A stretch of 64,000 nt of DNA from contig JBEKSS010000006.1 in NCBI GenBank assembly GCA_049516875.1, forward strand, positions 1 to 64,000, given 5' to 3'. Shown in pieces: positions 1-10,261 of this stretch. The stretch's first letter is position 1; each line of letters starts with the position of its first letter. A program made the translations under genes and the position numbers. The stretch is from Candidatus Bathyarchaeia archaeon (GTDB lineage: Archaea; Thermoproteota; Bathyarchaeia; Bathyarchaeales; Bathycorpusculaceae). A model generated the notes under the pieces. It searched no databases. It saw only the letters and a program-made list of their open reading frames with translations, and was not told where the DNA came from.

Positions 1-2283
1 GGTGGGACTCAGTATAGGTGTATTGGTTGGACTGGGTCTGGGAGTGTGGCTTCTGGAAGTGGCGTCACTACAACATTCACGATTAACGCGGTTTCGAGCA
101 TAACTTGGAACTGGCAGACTCAATATTACCTAATGGTGTCTTCTCCTTATGGAACAGTTGGTGGTCAGAGTTGGTATGATAGCGGTGCAACAGCATATGC
201 GACGTTGGACATGGGTTCTATAGATCATGGGAATGGAACAAGCCACTTGTTTACAAACTGGAATGTTGACGCTTTAGGAACGAGCTATGTCCAGAGCGAT
301 CCCATATCAATGAATGGACCGAAAACCGCGTTGGCAATCTGGAAGACACAATACAATGTAACTCTTACTCATACAGGCCTAGATATATCAGCCTCCGGGA
401 CGGTTGTAATCGTCAACAGTAGCTCAATAAGTTTCGGACAATTGCCATATAACATCTGGGTGGACAGCGGGAGTTCAGTAACCTACTCTTACAACAACGT
501 TTCCAGCTCAACCGCTGGGAAACAGTTCGTTTTGATTGGCGTGACAGGTCTACCCTCCCCAGTGACCGTGACAAGTCCATTGTTGGTTACGGGAAACTAC
601 AAGACCCAGTACCAGGTAACCTTCAACCAAACAGGAGTTGGTTCAGACTTCACAGGAACAGTAGTGAATGTTGATTTGAGCGGATACACGATCACTTCTC
701 TCCCAGTTCCGTTCTGGTGGGACAACGGTTCCTCACACACCTTTTCGTTCTCTTCACCATTAGTCGTAGACATAAGCAAACAATACAACTGGATCTCCAC
801 CTTAGGGTTGACAACATTGCAAAGCGGAACGCTGACTGTTACAGGCTCTGGAAGCGTAACAGGCAACTATGTTGTCGAAAACAAACTCCAGATTACGTTC
901 AGCCAAACCGGAGTCACCCCGGACTTTACAGGCACCGTGGTAACTATTGACGGAAGCAACTTCAACGTGACAGCACTCTCATCATCTTTCTGGTGGGACG
1001 TAAATTCAGTTCACACCTTCGCTTACCAATCGCCTCTAGTAGTCAATCCAAATGCTAAACAATACATCTGGTTTGGCACAACGGGGCTGTCAACACTGCA
1101 AAGCGGTAACACAACAGCAACAACGTCCGGAAGCATAATAGGAAACTACAAGACACAATACTGCCTGAGTCTTGCTACAAGCCCGCCAAGCGTCACCACT
1201 CCCTCAGGCGCCGGGTGGTACGATGCTGGAACCAATGCTACTATATCAACAACTGCTTTCGTTGAGATAGTGCCTGGTTCTTCACGGTACAGGTTCAACG
1301 GTTGGACAGCCGCAGACATGACTGAGATACAAGATCTTACCAGATCACCGACTACAGTGTCGATGGATCAGGGCAAAACGGTTACAGCTAGCTACGTTGT
1401 CCAGTACAATCTAACGTTTAACCAGGTTGGTGTTGGTTCCGACTTTTCTGACACTATTGTGATGGTAGACGGAATAAACTACACCGCTAGTGGTCTTCCA
1501 GTCTCGTTCATGTGGGACAATGGTTCTATCCACACTTTCTCTTTCGTTTCTCCGCTGAGTGCCTCGAAACAATACGCTTGGATGTTCACATCAGGGCTGT
1601 CAACATCCCAGGCCGACTCAATAACAGTTTCCGCCTCAGGCAATGTAGCTGGCAACTACGCCGTCACCTACGCACTTACGATCACGGCAACCACAGGTGG
1701 AGCGACCAACCCAGCAGTTGGAGTCCATGTCTATCCAAGTGGATCAACAGTTCAGGTTACTGCACTTCCAAATACAAACTACCAATTTGACCATTGGGAA
1801 CTGGACAGCGTAAATGTAGGCGCAGGCAACCCCTACTCAGTTCTCATAAGCACGGATCACACGTTGAACGCTGTTTTCAAACCTGTCCCCCCTGCCCTGT
1901 CAGTGTCTATAAATCCGCTTTCAGGCATGATACAAATAGGCCAACCATTGACCTTCAACTCAATAATCAGCGGAGGAGCGCCACCATACAGTTACCAATG
2001 GTATCTCGATGGGACTTCCTTTACAGGAGCAACTTCAAGCAGCTGGACATGGACGCCTCAGCACGCCAGTCTGCACTTTGTTTACGTGAAAGTCACCGAT
2101 TCCAATGGCGCCACGGCACAATCTGAACTTGCTACAATAACAGTCACTTCGACTCCAGTTCCTGTTGGAGGATACTCAATCTCATTCGCTAGACCAAGCG
2201 TGCTAGTGAGCATAGTCGCGTACGTGGCGGTCGCCGCCCTGTCAGCAGCAGTGCTAAGCGCAAGGAAGCGCAAAAGAAAATAG
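1..2283 (+). CDS. Large cell-surface/S-layer-like glycoprotein (5'-truncated) with Thr/Ser-rich beta repeats, InlB-B-like repeat, PKD domain and C-terminal TM anchor
   Basis: Frame is open from base 1. Repeated ~95-aa units ((Y/L)xxTFxQxGV...DF.GTVV..D...WWD..S.HTF); PKD-like YSYQWYLDG; ends PVGGYS, a hydrophobic helix and RKRKRK. Confidence 0.8.
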   Translation, partial: GGTQYRCIGWTGSGSVASGSGVTTTFTINAVSSITWNWQTQYYLMVSSPYGTVGGQSWYDSGATAYATLDMGSIDHGNGTSHLFTNWNVDALGTSYVQSDPISMNGPKTALAIWKTQYNVTLTHTGLDISASGTVVIVNSSSISFGQLPYNIWVDSGSSVTYSYNNVSSSTAGKQFVLIGVTGLPSPVTVTSPLLVTGNYKTQYQVTFNQTGVGSDFTGTVVNVDLSGYTITSLPVPFWWDNGSSHTFSFSSPLVVDISKQYNWISTLGLTTLQSGTLTVTGSGSVTGNYVVENKLQITFSQTGVTPDFTGTVVTIDGSNFNVTALSSSFWWDVNSVHTFAYQSPLVVNPNAKQYIWFGTTGLSTLQSGNTTATTSGSIIGNYKTQYCLSLATSPPSVTTPSGAGWYDAGTNATISTTAFVEIVPGSSRYRFNGWTAADMTEIQDLTRSPTTVSMDQGKTVTASYVVQYNLTFNQVGVGSDFSDTIVMVDGINYTASGLPVSFMWDNGSIHTFSFVSPLSASKQYAWMFTSGLSTSQADSITVSASGNVAGNYAVTYALTITATTGGATNPAVGVHVYPSGSTVQVTALPNTNYQFDHWELDSVNVGAGNPYSVLISTDHTLNAVFKPVPPALSVSINPLSGMIQIGQPLTFNSIISGGAPPYSYQWYLDGTSFTGATSSSWTWTPQHASLHFVYVKVTDSNGATAQSELATITVTSTPVPVGGYSISFARPSVLVSIVAYVAVAALSAAVLSARKRKRK

Positions 2284-2313
2284 GCTCGCCGTCTCATTCT
2301 TTCTCAGACAGAA

Positions 2314-3285
2314 ATGAAGAGCAAGTCTGCCAGAGGTCGTTCCTTAACGGCTAGAAGTGAGAAAAAACCCCCAAAGAAGGAGACCATGATGCCTTCAAGG
2401 AAACAATTGGTCATGCTTCTTGCAATTGTGATTCTTGTAGTGTCCACAGCTTCCGTGCTTTCATTCTTGCGCCCTCAATCGCAACCGCTTAGTTTTTCTC
2501 TCAACGCCGCAATAATTGACCAGTTAGGGGAGGAAATTCCAAACCCCACTTTTGTAAACAATGCCAAGGCAATCTTGGAGAGTCACAGGTTCAACGTCAC
2601 GTACAATAATGGAACACTGGATGTTGATTTCTTCAAGAAACTCGCCGAGTACGACTATGGAATAATAATACTGCGAGCCCATTCCGCGCTCAGGGATGAC
2701 AACTCTACCGTAGATTTATTTACGTCTGAACCTTGGGGCGACGGTTCAGCCCACCTCGAAGACCAGCAAAATGAGCTGGTCGTCCAGGGAATCCTCAACT
2801 ACTCAGGGGCTCAGAAGGAGTATTTCGCATTAACCTCGAAGTTCATAGAAAGTTTAGAGGGCACGTTTCCAAGTAGCATCGTAATTGCAATGGGCTGCAA
2901 CACCTTGGTTCCCAAACTTGAGCAGATGGCTGGGGCCTTCCTAGATAGAGGCGCGAAAGCCTACATTGGGTGGGATGGTTATGTTGGAAATGGGGATACG
3001 GACAACGCAACCATAGACTTGCTGAAACGGCTGCTTGTTTACAATGAAACACTGTCCGATTCTGTCAAGGGCCTATATGATTCAACGTATGGAAGCAAAA
3101 TGGCATACTACCCAGAGGCAACTAGAGACTTAAGGATATCCGACTTGGCCGCACGCATTTCGACAACTTCTCAACTTCAGTCAGCGTTACTGACTCGTCT
3201 ACTTGAGGCTAGAGTTGACCCCGTTGACAGGAGGCTAAAGTATCTTAGAAGCGGCTTGAGGCAGATTGACTTGTCAGACGCTTGA
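2314..3285 (+). CDS. Membrane-anchored hypothetical protein, possible caspase-hemoglobinase (gingipain/C25-like) fold
   Basis: N-terminal TM helix; IIILRAHS ... IVIAMGC ... GAKAYIGW pattern resembling a His/Cys dyad. Confidence 0.5.
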   Translation: MKSKSARGRSLTARSEKKPPKKETMMPSRKQLVMLLAIVILVVSTASVLSFLRPQSQPLSFSLNAAIIDQLGEEIPNPTFVNNAKAILESHRFNVTYNNGTLDVDFFKKLAEYDYGIIILRAHSALRDDNSTVDLFTSEPWGDGSAHLEDQQNELVVQGILNYSGAQKEYFALTSKFIESLEGTFPSSIVIAMGCNTLVPKLEQMAGAFLDRGAKAYIGWDGYVGNGDTDNATIDLLKRLLVYNETLSDSVKGLYDSTYGSKMAYYPEATRDLRISDLAARISTTSQLQSALLTRLLEARVDPVDRRLKYLRSGLRQIDLSDA

Positions 3286-3589
3286 AACGCCTTGAGACAG
3301 TGAAGCTCAGTTGGTCGCGAAGGCTGTTACCTGTCAGGCTTAGCTTCTGCAGTCTCTTGGTTTCACCTGCCAGGTCTGTGTCCTGCAGGACCTCAGCTAT
3401 CCATTTTTCAAAGTCTCCACGGTAGAGGTGAAACTCCAAGGATTTGACATTAACCTCGTTTATTTTTTCCATGAACTCCTTAAGGGAAGATGCGCTTATT
3501 CCAGTGTAGTTTCCGATTGAAGTGAAGAAATAGAACGCTTTCTCCCTTGGAACTGTCTTGAGAATTCTTGAACTCGTATCTAGCGTCAT
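3245..3589 (-). CDS. DUF5752-like protein
   Basis: KAFYF...SASSLKEF...SLEFHLYRGDFEKWIAEVL motif. Confidence 0.7.
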   Translation of the reverse strand: MTLDTSSRILKTVPREKAFYFFTSIGNYTGISASSLKEFMEKINEVNVKSLEFHLYRGDFEKWIAEVLQDTDLAGETKRLQKLSLTGNSLRDQLSFTVSRRFKRLTSQSASSRF

Positions 3590-3621
3590 AACTGTTCGTT
3601 CACTGATATCGCGTATCTCTT

Positions 3622-4155
3622 TTATAAATGTAATCTTTCCGACCCATTCGTGATTGAAAATTGGGTTTCCTTGAACTTCTTTGTAACCAATGACGTACGG
3701 ATTCTTAAAACACCTGTCAATGGTGCAATCGAATTAGCTATGATTTCATGCAGGTCTTCTTGACTTGTTGCAGTGACTTTTGCAATGATTAGAAGCTCTT
3801 CAGAGAGCGAGGTGTAAACTTCAAGAACCCCGGGCAAGGCGGCCAATTTCTCTGCAACCCTTTCAGTTTCTTTTGGGTCTGTGTAAACAGTCATTATCGC
3901 AGCGATGTTTCTTATCCCAATCTTTTCGACATCTATGGTGGCTGTGTAGTTCTTTATCACCTTTTGCTGCTCCATTTTTCTTATTCTATCATAAACTGTT
4001 GAATGAGCTATTCCCAACCGTTTGCCTATCGCTCCATATGTCTCCCTAGAATCCTTCTGCAGGGCTCGCAAAATCTCTATATCTGTAGCATCCAAAGACA
4101 CCGCATTATTCTTGAGTTTCATTTTTGTTTGATCTCCACTACTTTTAATAGTCAT
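3622..4155 (-). CDS. Lrp/AsnC family transcriptional regulator
   Basis: LDATDIEILRALQKDSR HTH followed by a RAM domain. Confidence 0.9.
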   Translation of the reverse strand: MTIKSSGDQTKMKLKNNAVSLDATDIEILRALQKDSRETYGAIGKRLGIAHSTVYDRIRKMEQQKVIKNYTATIDVEKIGIRNIAAIMTVYTDPKETERVAEKLAALPGVLEVYTSLSEELLIIAKVTATSQEDLHEIIANSIAPLTGVLRIRTSLVTKKFKETQFSITNGSERLHL

Positions 4156-4391
4156 ATCAGAATTTATCCTTATTGTCGGAGAAATGTAGCTCTTTCCTTG
4201 TGTTTCCGTCAGAAATTTCTCGCGTTGCCTTTCTGCAAATTTGTGTGAAATATAGGCTTATGTCTACAAAACTGCAAGTTTTTGGCGTCCAAGTCTTCAT
4301 TTTTGCGGAAAACGTTGACAAAAACACTTAAATTTGCGATTGACAGACTAGAACATTATTCTAGAAGATCATTCGGGTTCGGGGCAAAGGT

Positions 4392-4889
4392 ATGAAAATG
4401 TCCAAGATATGGGAGATTGTCGACAATTTCAAGCGTTTTTGCAGAATGCGGGGCTGGAGAACATCCGAAAGCGAAGATTGGGTTGAGTTGAATGATGACT
4501 ATCATAATTTTCTCTGGACCAGAAGCGTCACTCCGTCTTCTTTCAAAGTAATAATTTCCAACAGAAAATGCGTGGTCCGAGAAGGCTTGTCTTACAGTGT
4601 TGTTGAGGCATCTCATTTGGCTTGGCTTTTCTCAGAAGTTCCCTCAAAAGATCTGGTAAGGACAGTTTTTGAGAACCCAGAGCTTTCTAGACGCATAGCT
4701 ATCTTTGATTTCAGTCCATTGCTGGAGGGAAGAAGTCTCTGCGTCAAACTAAACAATACGGATAGCCCTGTTTTTCGGGAATTCGAGGCTTTCCTTCAGA
4801 GTGAATTGAAAGTCAAAGTTGAGCCTCTTCAATTCTTTTCTGATTCGAAAATTAAGGTGAGCGGTAACATATTGCCGGAACTTGCCTAA
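4392..4889 (+). CDS. Hypothetical protein
   Basis: 165-aa ORF divergent from the Lrp gene; TATA-like cttaaat upstream. Confidence 0.65.
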   Translation: MKMSKIWEIVDNFKRFCRMRGWRTSESEDWVELNDDYHNFLWTRSVTPSSFKVIISNRKCVVREGLSYSVVEASHLAWLFSEVPSKDLVRTVFENPELSRRIAIFDFSPLLEGRSLCVKLNNTDSPVFREFEAFLQSELKVKVEPLQFFSDSKIKVSGNILPELA

Positions 4890-4952
4890 TTGCGGCGAAT
4901 TTCAAAGGGTTGATAAAGGAAAGGCTTGCAAGATAGTATCTGTGAAAGGAAA

Positions 4953-5564
4953 ATGTCAGAAGATGCTGAAAAAATAAAGCGGCTTATCACATTCAAGAAA
5001 AAGCTTGAAAATAAAATTGAAGAAATGAGTTCTGACCTTAAAGATTCGCAGGCTATGCTTGAAACCATAAGCTCTATTCTTCTCGAAAAGGGATTTAGGC
5101 GCCCAGAAGTCACCGAGGGGTTGACCAAGACCGGAGCTTTGCCATCGGGAGAAAGTGTCGATGAGAGGGAGCCTGGGCCTTCCTCTCCTGAGTCGCACGT
5201 GGAATCTGAAAATGTCACGCCGCTGAAAACCATGACAGGCGAGCTTCTTGCTACCCTCTATGTGAGCAAAGACTCATTGCGTGTGGTGCCAACTGAGGGC
5301 AAAGATTTTGACATTAATACCCCGCCTTTCATGCATTTCCTTGTGGAAAGAGTCTTGCTGAAGATGCAGGAAAGGGACAGCGAGCTCGCTAGAGCTGGAC
5401 AGCTGTCTCCTGACAAGGTTTTCTGCTACAGTATTGCTCGAGAAGGAGATATTATCCGCGAAATAGTGATTAACAATTCTGATTCGGATCGACTAAGGGA
5501 GCTTAAGTCAAGCATCCGTTGGACGCTAGAGAAAATGTATGAGAAAATGAAGAGTCAGAGTTAG
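4953..5564 (+). CDS. Hypothetical protein with N-terminal coiled coil
   Basis: ATG at 4953 after a purine-rich stretch; C-terminal RLRELKSSIRWTLEKMYE. Confidence 0.7.
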   Translation: MSEDAEKIKRLITFKKKLENKIEEMSSDLKDSQAMLETISSILLEKGFRRPEVTEGLTKTGALPSGESVDEREPGPSSPESHVESENVTPLKTMTGELLATLYVSKDSLRVVPTEGKDFDINTPPFMHFLVERVLLKMQERDSELARAGQLSPDKVFCYSIAREGDIIREIVINNSDSDRLRELKSSIRWTLEKMYEKMKSQS

Positions 5565-5570
5565 AAGAGG

Positions 5571-6143
5571 TTATTTCGAACGGTCAAAATAGATGCTCTT
5601 GCCCCTTGCCGAAAGCGGGATCCCCATGATAATTGTTGCTTGAGGTAACAACTTCAGTTTTGATGCTGCCGTTCCTGCTCGATACATTATGCGGTTATCG
5701 ACGTTGAACATACTTGCTATTTTTGCAGCCGACCCTAAGGATATTCCTAGGTCCAAAGCTTTGAAGATGCATGTAGGGCCGACAAAATCCTTGCCAAGCT
5801 TCTTCTTTGCCTTGTCAAATTCCTGGCAGCCCTCGTAGCCACAGCTTCCACAGTTGAGACCAACGCTTCTGTCCCCTCTGACGCCTATGAGAACCACCGC
5901 ATAAGAGTCTTTAACGTTCTTTGCGTCTCGCTTGAACCCTTCAATCTTCCTTTCATCCGCTATCTCTTCCATTTTGTCTGCGATGACAGCTTTTTCTTCT
6001 CCGTAGACGATCAATGTCATAATATCATCTAGACCTGCGGTTTTGGGAGCTGTTCTGGCGGCTGTCAACATGAGCCGAGCTGCTTCCAAGGTAGCTTCTT
6101 TCTCCCCGTTTTCGCTTCGGATGGTTGGCGGGCTCATTTTCAC
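5571..6143 (-). CDS. DUF2148 ferredoxin-like domain protein
   Basis: AARTAPK, NCGSCGYEGC, DLGISLGSA and VDNRIMY motifs. Confidence 0.85.
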   Translation of the reverse strand: MKMSPPTIRSENGEKEATLEAARLMLTAARTAPKTAGLDDIMTLIVYGEEKAVIADKMEEIADERKIEGFKRDAKNVKDSYAVVLIGVRGDRSVGLNCGSCGYEGCQEFDKAKKKLGKDFVGPTCIFKALDLGISLGSAAKIASMFNVDNRIMYRAGTAASKLKLLPQATIIMGIPLSARGKSIYFDRSK

Positions 6144-6216
6144 ACCTGATCTATTTGTTGAATAAACAGTTCTAGAAAAGGTTGGCTACGCTTAAGAGTT
6201 TTGACCTCGCCAATTC

Positions 6217-6345
6217 CTAGGGGAAGATTTTTTTCAACAGGTCCAATATTGCATTGAGCTGGCCTGTGTAGATTCCCACGGTCAATAAAGAAACACCTAG
6301 GAGAAGCATCAACGCGCCTATCATCCGACGTTCTGGTATGTCCAT
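6217..6345 (-). CDS. Small membrane protein, 42 aa (not in ORF track)
   Basis: MDIPERRMIGALMLLLGVSLLTVGIYTGQLNAILDLLKKIFP*, starting 7 nt after the thioredoxin stop. Confidence 0.55.
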   Translation of the reverse strand: MDIPERRMIGALMLLLGVSLLTVGIYTGQLNAILDLLKKIFP

Positions 6346-6352
6346 GCTTCAG

Positions 6353-6775
6353 CTACTCCAAGTGCTTCCTTAAGGTGGCTTCAATATATTTCTTTTGGAC
6401 ACATCCAACTATCCTGTCAACTTCTTCGCCTTTCTTCATTATCAACATGGTTGGAATGCTAAAAACCTGAAAACACTCCGCAATCTGGGGATTCTCATCG
6501 ACGTTAAGCTTTCCAACAAGAATTTTGCCTGTATATTCCCTAGCCAGCTCTTCAATCGTCGGGGCCAGAGCTTGGCATGGACCACACCATGCAGCCCAAA
6601 AATCAATCAGCGCCAGCGCATGTTTTTCGGTTATTTCCTTGAAGTTCGAATCGGTCACGTGAACAGGTTCATCATTCATTTCTTGTTTCTTCTCCCTCAA
6701 CTCTGTCAGTTTCTTCTCCCTTATATGTTCTAATTCCTCTTTGTCTGATGCAGGCCGTTCGTTTTCACTGCTCAT
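6353..6775 (-). CDS. trxA: Thioredoxin
   Basis: [10 protein letters not shown] active site; cis-Pro SIPT. Confidence 0.95.
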   Translation of the reverse strand: MSSENERPASDKEELEHIREKKLTELREKKQEMNDEPVHVTDSNFKEITEKHALALIDFWAAWCGPCQALAPTIEELAREYTGKILVGKLNVDENPQIAECFQVFSIPTMLIMKKGEEVDRIVGCVQKKYIEATLRKHLE

Positions 6776-6779
6776 CTTT

Positions 6780-7211
6780 TCATCTGCGATGCTTTAAAGA
6801 ATCTTGCAGGGCTTTAAGTTTTTTGTAACCCTCTGCCGGATCCGTGATTTCTGCCGCCAGCTTTTCGAATGGACACGTCGCTGGCTTACAGTTGTCGAAT
6901 ATGTTTTCCACTAGCTCATCCCATTCGGCGTGAAGGGCGTTTTCTTCAAACAATTCTTTTGCTTCTCTGCTCATGACCGACGCATAGATTCCTTGAATTC
7001 TTGCGTAAAGGCATAAGAGTGCAACTGCTTTCCCAACGATCTTGTCTGCGGCAGACGCTCCGTCAAGCCGTTCCCCGAGTTCTTCAACCGCCCTCAGAAA
7101 GCCTGAAATTCCATGAGATGCCGTATCGAAGAGTATCTGTTTGCCCTTTACGATGGTAAGTGTCGACCCCTCTTCTTTAAGATGTTTCTTTGCGATTCTC
7201 AGGTCTTCCAT
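6780..7211 (-). CDS. DUF1893 (TM1506-like) protein
   Basis: [12 protein letters not shown] and CPFEK motifs; start moved to ATG 7211. Confidence 0.8.
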   Translation of the reverse strand: MEDLRIAKKHLKEEGSTLTIVKGKQILFDTASHGISGFLRAVEELGERLDGASAADKIVGKAVALLCLYARIQGIYASVMSREAKELFEENALHAEWDELVENIFDNCKPATCPFEKLAAEITDPAEGYKKLKALQDSLKHRR

Positions 7212-7251
7212 ATCCAATCCAACATCGCTGAGGCGAACTATCTTAAAACAC

Positions 7252-7692
7252 CTATTCCTCTTCCAGCACAAAAAGCTGCTCTTCTTGCATTTCTGCGATC
7301 TCTGCGGCTAGCTGTTCAGCACTGGCTCCCTTTGACATCTCTTCAATCAACGTCTCGGCTACTTTAGTATTGACCGAAATCTTCATTGTTTTGTCTGAGC
7401 TTTGGAGTTTAAAAGTTGCAGTTATTTTCTTGGTCGATTTTTCAATTCTCAGTTTTTGATTTCCAACCGTGCAACCAGTAGAAGCTTGTATTCCGTCAAT
7501 AACACAGGAGAAGGGGGTGAAGAGGGGTGTTCTGATGCTCGCCTGCAGTTTGCAGCTGTTCTTGCTATCAAAGTCTAGACGTTTTCTTGCGATGTCTCCC
7601 ATTCGGACACCTATCACAAGGAAAGGACCTAGGTGTCCGTGCAGTTTGACAGCATTTTCAATGAGCAACGGGATCTCCTTATTCTCTGTCAC
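7252..7692 (-). CDS. FmdE family (formylmethanofuran dehydrogenase subunit E-like) metal-binding protein
   Basis: LHGHLGPFLVIG...SCVIDGIQASTGCTVGN. Confidence 0.88.
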   Translation of the reverse strand: MTENKEIPLLIENAVKLHGHLGPFLVIGVRMGDIARKRLDFDSKNSCKLQASIRTPLFTPFSCVIDGIQASTGCTVGNQKLRIEKSTKKITATFKLQSSDKTMKISVNTKVAETLIEEMSKGASAEQLAAEIAEMQEEQLFVLEEE

Positions 7693-8224
7693 CTTTAATC
7701 TTCCTCACGTTTGCCTTTTCCAAAGCTATTATTATGGGTAATGTTACTGCAAGTGCCAGTATTCCACCAACTAGAGTACATGCCCCCCAAAAGGTGAGCG
7801 CATATTGCAGTCCTCCCCCCGTGAAGAATATTATGATCAATACACCGGCAAGGTAGGCAGACAGCATCGTTACAATTGCTGTTATTGCCAAATTGCATCG
7901 TGCAATCCGGATTTTGTGATGATTTGCAAGCATCAGCACATCAAAGACGACTGCTGAGGCGGAAAAACAGAGTATCAAAGCAGGGGCCCCTAAGAGTATG
8001 GCAAATATTGAGCCTATTGTGCCAGCCAGCGAGCTTGTGCCGAACCGCCCAGTCACCCATGCCACAAGGAGCAATGTAAAGAAAACTCCAAAAGCATGCA
8101 GTACTGGAAGCTGCATAAGACTAAAACTGAGCGGTCCCAAAGTTAAGTTCATGACTATCCAAAGGGCGCAGAAGATGCCTGTCAGCGCAACGTCCACGCT
8201 TGTAAAATAGGACTTGTTTCTCAT
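7679..8224 (-). CDS. ECF transporter S-component-like membrane protein
   Basis: 181 aa, about 5-6 TM helices, N-terminal FTSVDVALTGIFCAL. Confidence 0.6.
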   Translation of the reverse strand: MRNKSYFTSVDVALTGIFCALWIVMNLTLGPLSFSLMQLPVLHAFGVFFTLLLVAWVTGRFGTSSLAGTIGSIFAILLGAPALILCFSASAVVFDVLMLANHHKIRIARCNLAITAIVTMLSAYLAGVLIIIFFTGGGLQYALTFWGACTLVGGILALAVTLPIIIALEKANVRKIKGDRE

Positions 8225-8236
8225 TCTGCTCGTTCA

Positions 8237-8264
8237 GTAACACCTTTTTGTGCAATAGTAACAC
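8237..8264. promoter_or_regulatory. Putative NikR operator
   Basis: GTAACAC-N14-GTAACAC between the divergent nikR and S-component genes. Confidence 0.55.
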
Positions 8265-8318
8265 TGTACTGCATAAGAACTTTATGCTCAGATACGCCTA
8301 AGAGTTGACTGTGAGAGG

Positions 8319-8726
8319 ATGCCCAAAATCAAGCGTGTAGGAGTAACATTCCCCCCAGACTTGCTGAAAGATTTTGACGAAATCATTGGAGCAACGGGTT
8401 ATCAGAATCGATCTAAAGCTGTTCAGGACGCGGTCAGAATGTTTGTGGCGGAAAGAAAGTTGCTTCAAAACGAGGCCGGAGATCAAGCAGGGCTTATGAT
8501 GTTGCTGTATGACCATGAGGCCATAGGGCTTGAAAGCGCACTCACGCATGCGCAACACCATTTTGCACGCATCATCTGCTCAACGATGCACATTCACCTA
8601 AGCGAAACAGACTGCCTTGAGGCAATAGCCGTTAAGGGCAACGCTGCTGAGGTTCGAAAACTGAGAGATCAATTGGCCTCCAAGAAGGGAGTGAAACTGC
8701 TTAAGATAATGGTTTTTTCCGTTTAG
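8319..8726 (+). CDS. nikR: Nickel-responsive regulator NikR
   Basis: RHH N-terminus (RVGVTFP...NRSKAVQDA); Ni ligands in QHH...HIHL...CLE. Confidence 0.93.
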   Translation: MPKIKRVGVTFPPDLLKDFDEIIGATGYQNRSKAVQDAVRMFVAERKLLQNEAGDQAGLMMLLYDHEAIGLESALTHAQHHFARIICSTMHIHLSETDCLEAIAVKGNAAEVRKLRDQLASKKGVKLLKIMVFSV

Positions 8727-8735
8727 CAATATCGG

Positions 8736-9644
8736 TTATTTAAGTTCAAACATTCTCTCCAAGGCTTTCCTAGCCTGCTTCGCAATTGGCTCAGGAACCG
8801 TGACCACGTATTTCTCTTCTTTCAATGCCGAGTAAAGCCTGTCAAGAGTGTTCAACTTCATGGTTGGACAGACAGCTTCTTCATAAGCCAGAAGAAACTT
8901 TTTCTGTGGGTTTTCTTTCCTCAAACGGTGCAGTATTCCTTCTTCTGTTCCCACAATAAAGGTCTCGGCGTCACATTCCTTTGCGTATCTACACATTTGA
9001 GAGGTGCTTCCTACGAAGTCAGCTTCTTTCTGCATTTCAAAGGTACATTCGGGATGCACCATGACTTTAGCCTCAGGGCATTGCATCTTAAGTATCTGAA
9101 CATCTTCGGGTTGAAAGAGCAAATGTGTTGGGCAGAATCCCCATTCAGGAATAGGAATCACAGTTTTTCCAGTCTTTCTCTGGACATATTCAGCCAAGTT
9201 GCGGTCCGGGCCGAAAAGCACCGTGTCAGCATCTAATGATGCTATCACTTCCACAGCGTTAGCCGACGTGCAACATATGTCGCAGTAAGCCTTGGCTGTG
9301 GCCAGCGTGTTTACATATAGAACGACTGGCGCAAGCGGATAATGCACTTTCCACCGCCTTATCTCTTCGACCGTGAGCATCTGTGCCATAGGACACCGTG
9401 CGCCTAGCATCGGTAGTAACACCTTTTTGTCAGGGTTTAAGATTGCCGCCGACTCTGCCATAAAGTCTACGGCAGAGAAAACTATCATTTTCGCTTCTTT
9501 CTCTTCCATGGCTTTCCTGCTAAGCTCTATGCTGTCACCAATGTAGTCCGCGATGTCCTGAACGTCATCCCTTTGATAATTGTGAGCTAAGATTATTGCG
9601 TTCTTTTCTTTTTTCAGCTTCAATATTTCGTCTGCAAGGGTCAT
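8736..9644 (-). CDS. nadA: Quinolinate synthase
   Basis: ILAHNYQ, FMAESA, CPMA, YVNT, CPTH, HPEC, CPTMK. Confidence 0.95.
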   Translation of the reverse strand: MTLADEILKLKKEKNAIILAHNYQRDDVQDIADYIGDSIELSRKAMEEKEAKMIVFSAVDFMAESAAILNPDKKVLLPMLGARCPMAQMLTVEEIRRWKVHYPLAPVVLYVNTLATAKAYCDICCTSANAVEVIASLDADTVLFGPDRNLAEYVQRKTGKTVIPIPEWGFCPTHLLFQPEDVQILKMQCPEAKVMVHPECTFEMQKEADFVGSTSQMCRYAKECDAETFIVGTEEGILHRLRKENPQKKFLLAYEEAVCPTMKLNTLDRLYSALKEEKYVVTVPEPIAKQARKALERMFELK

Positions 9645-9924
9645 AATTTCGCCTTAGACCACCGTCAGCGCAACGTTCTAACAATTCGGAGAGATATATG
9701 CATTTACCCATAAGTTTCCCTTTTCTCACCTTCTTTCTCAGGATTGGGAGTTTCATATCGGACCTGCCATGCAAACGCTTCGCTTAGGCTTACTGCGGGA
9801 CCTGATACAATAGAAATGTCACGATTTTAGGTCAACGAGCGAAGTTCAGATTAATTGAAGACGGCGCCTGCCCAAGGGCCATTACTCAAACAGATGAGTT
9901 GCAGAAGTTCTAATAATGTATGCG

Positions 9925-10038
9925 TTATGTCTGCCTTCTGCGGACTAGAGTCTCGTATATAATAAAATCTTCAAGAGCGAGTTCATTCTTGGAATCTTGA
10001 TTTCTCTTTTTGGCGTCTAATTCCGCTTTCTTTCTCAT
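9925..10038 (-). CDS. Possible 37-aa micro-ORF
   Basis: MRKKAELDAKKRNQDSKNELALEDFIIYETLVRRRQT* preceded by SD-like AGGTGG. Confidence 0.3.
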   Translation of the reverse strand: MRKKAELDAKKRNQDSKNELALEDFIIYETLVRRRQT

Positions 10039-10261
10039 GTTTTTTGACCACCTGTGATACAAAATACCACGTCGTAAATCGTAATATAAGGCTTTTCTGC
10101 CGAGTGTCCAACTGAGCTACAACAGAATATCTAGATACTAGCAAACTCCAAAACAGAAGCATAGTCTCTATAAAGTGTCATGCAAACTCTGCTTTCCAGC
10201 TCATTTGCCCTCAATTGGCCGCTCCTCGTTGTTAGAAATTCAATTGTCCAAGAATGCTTGA

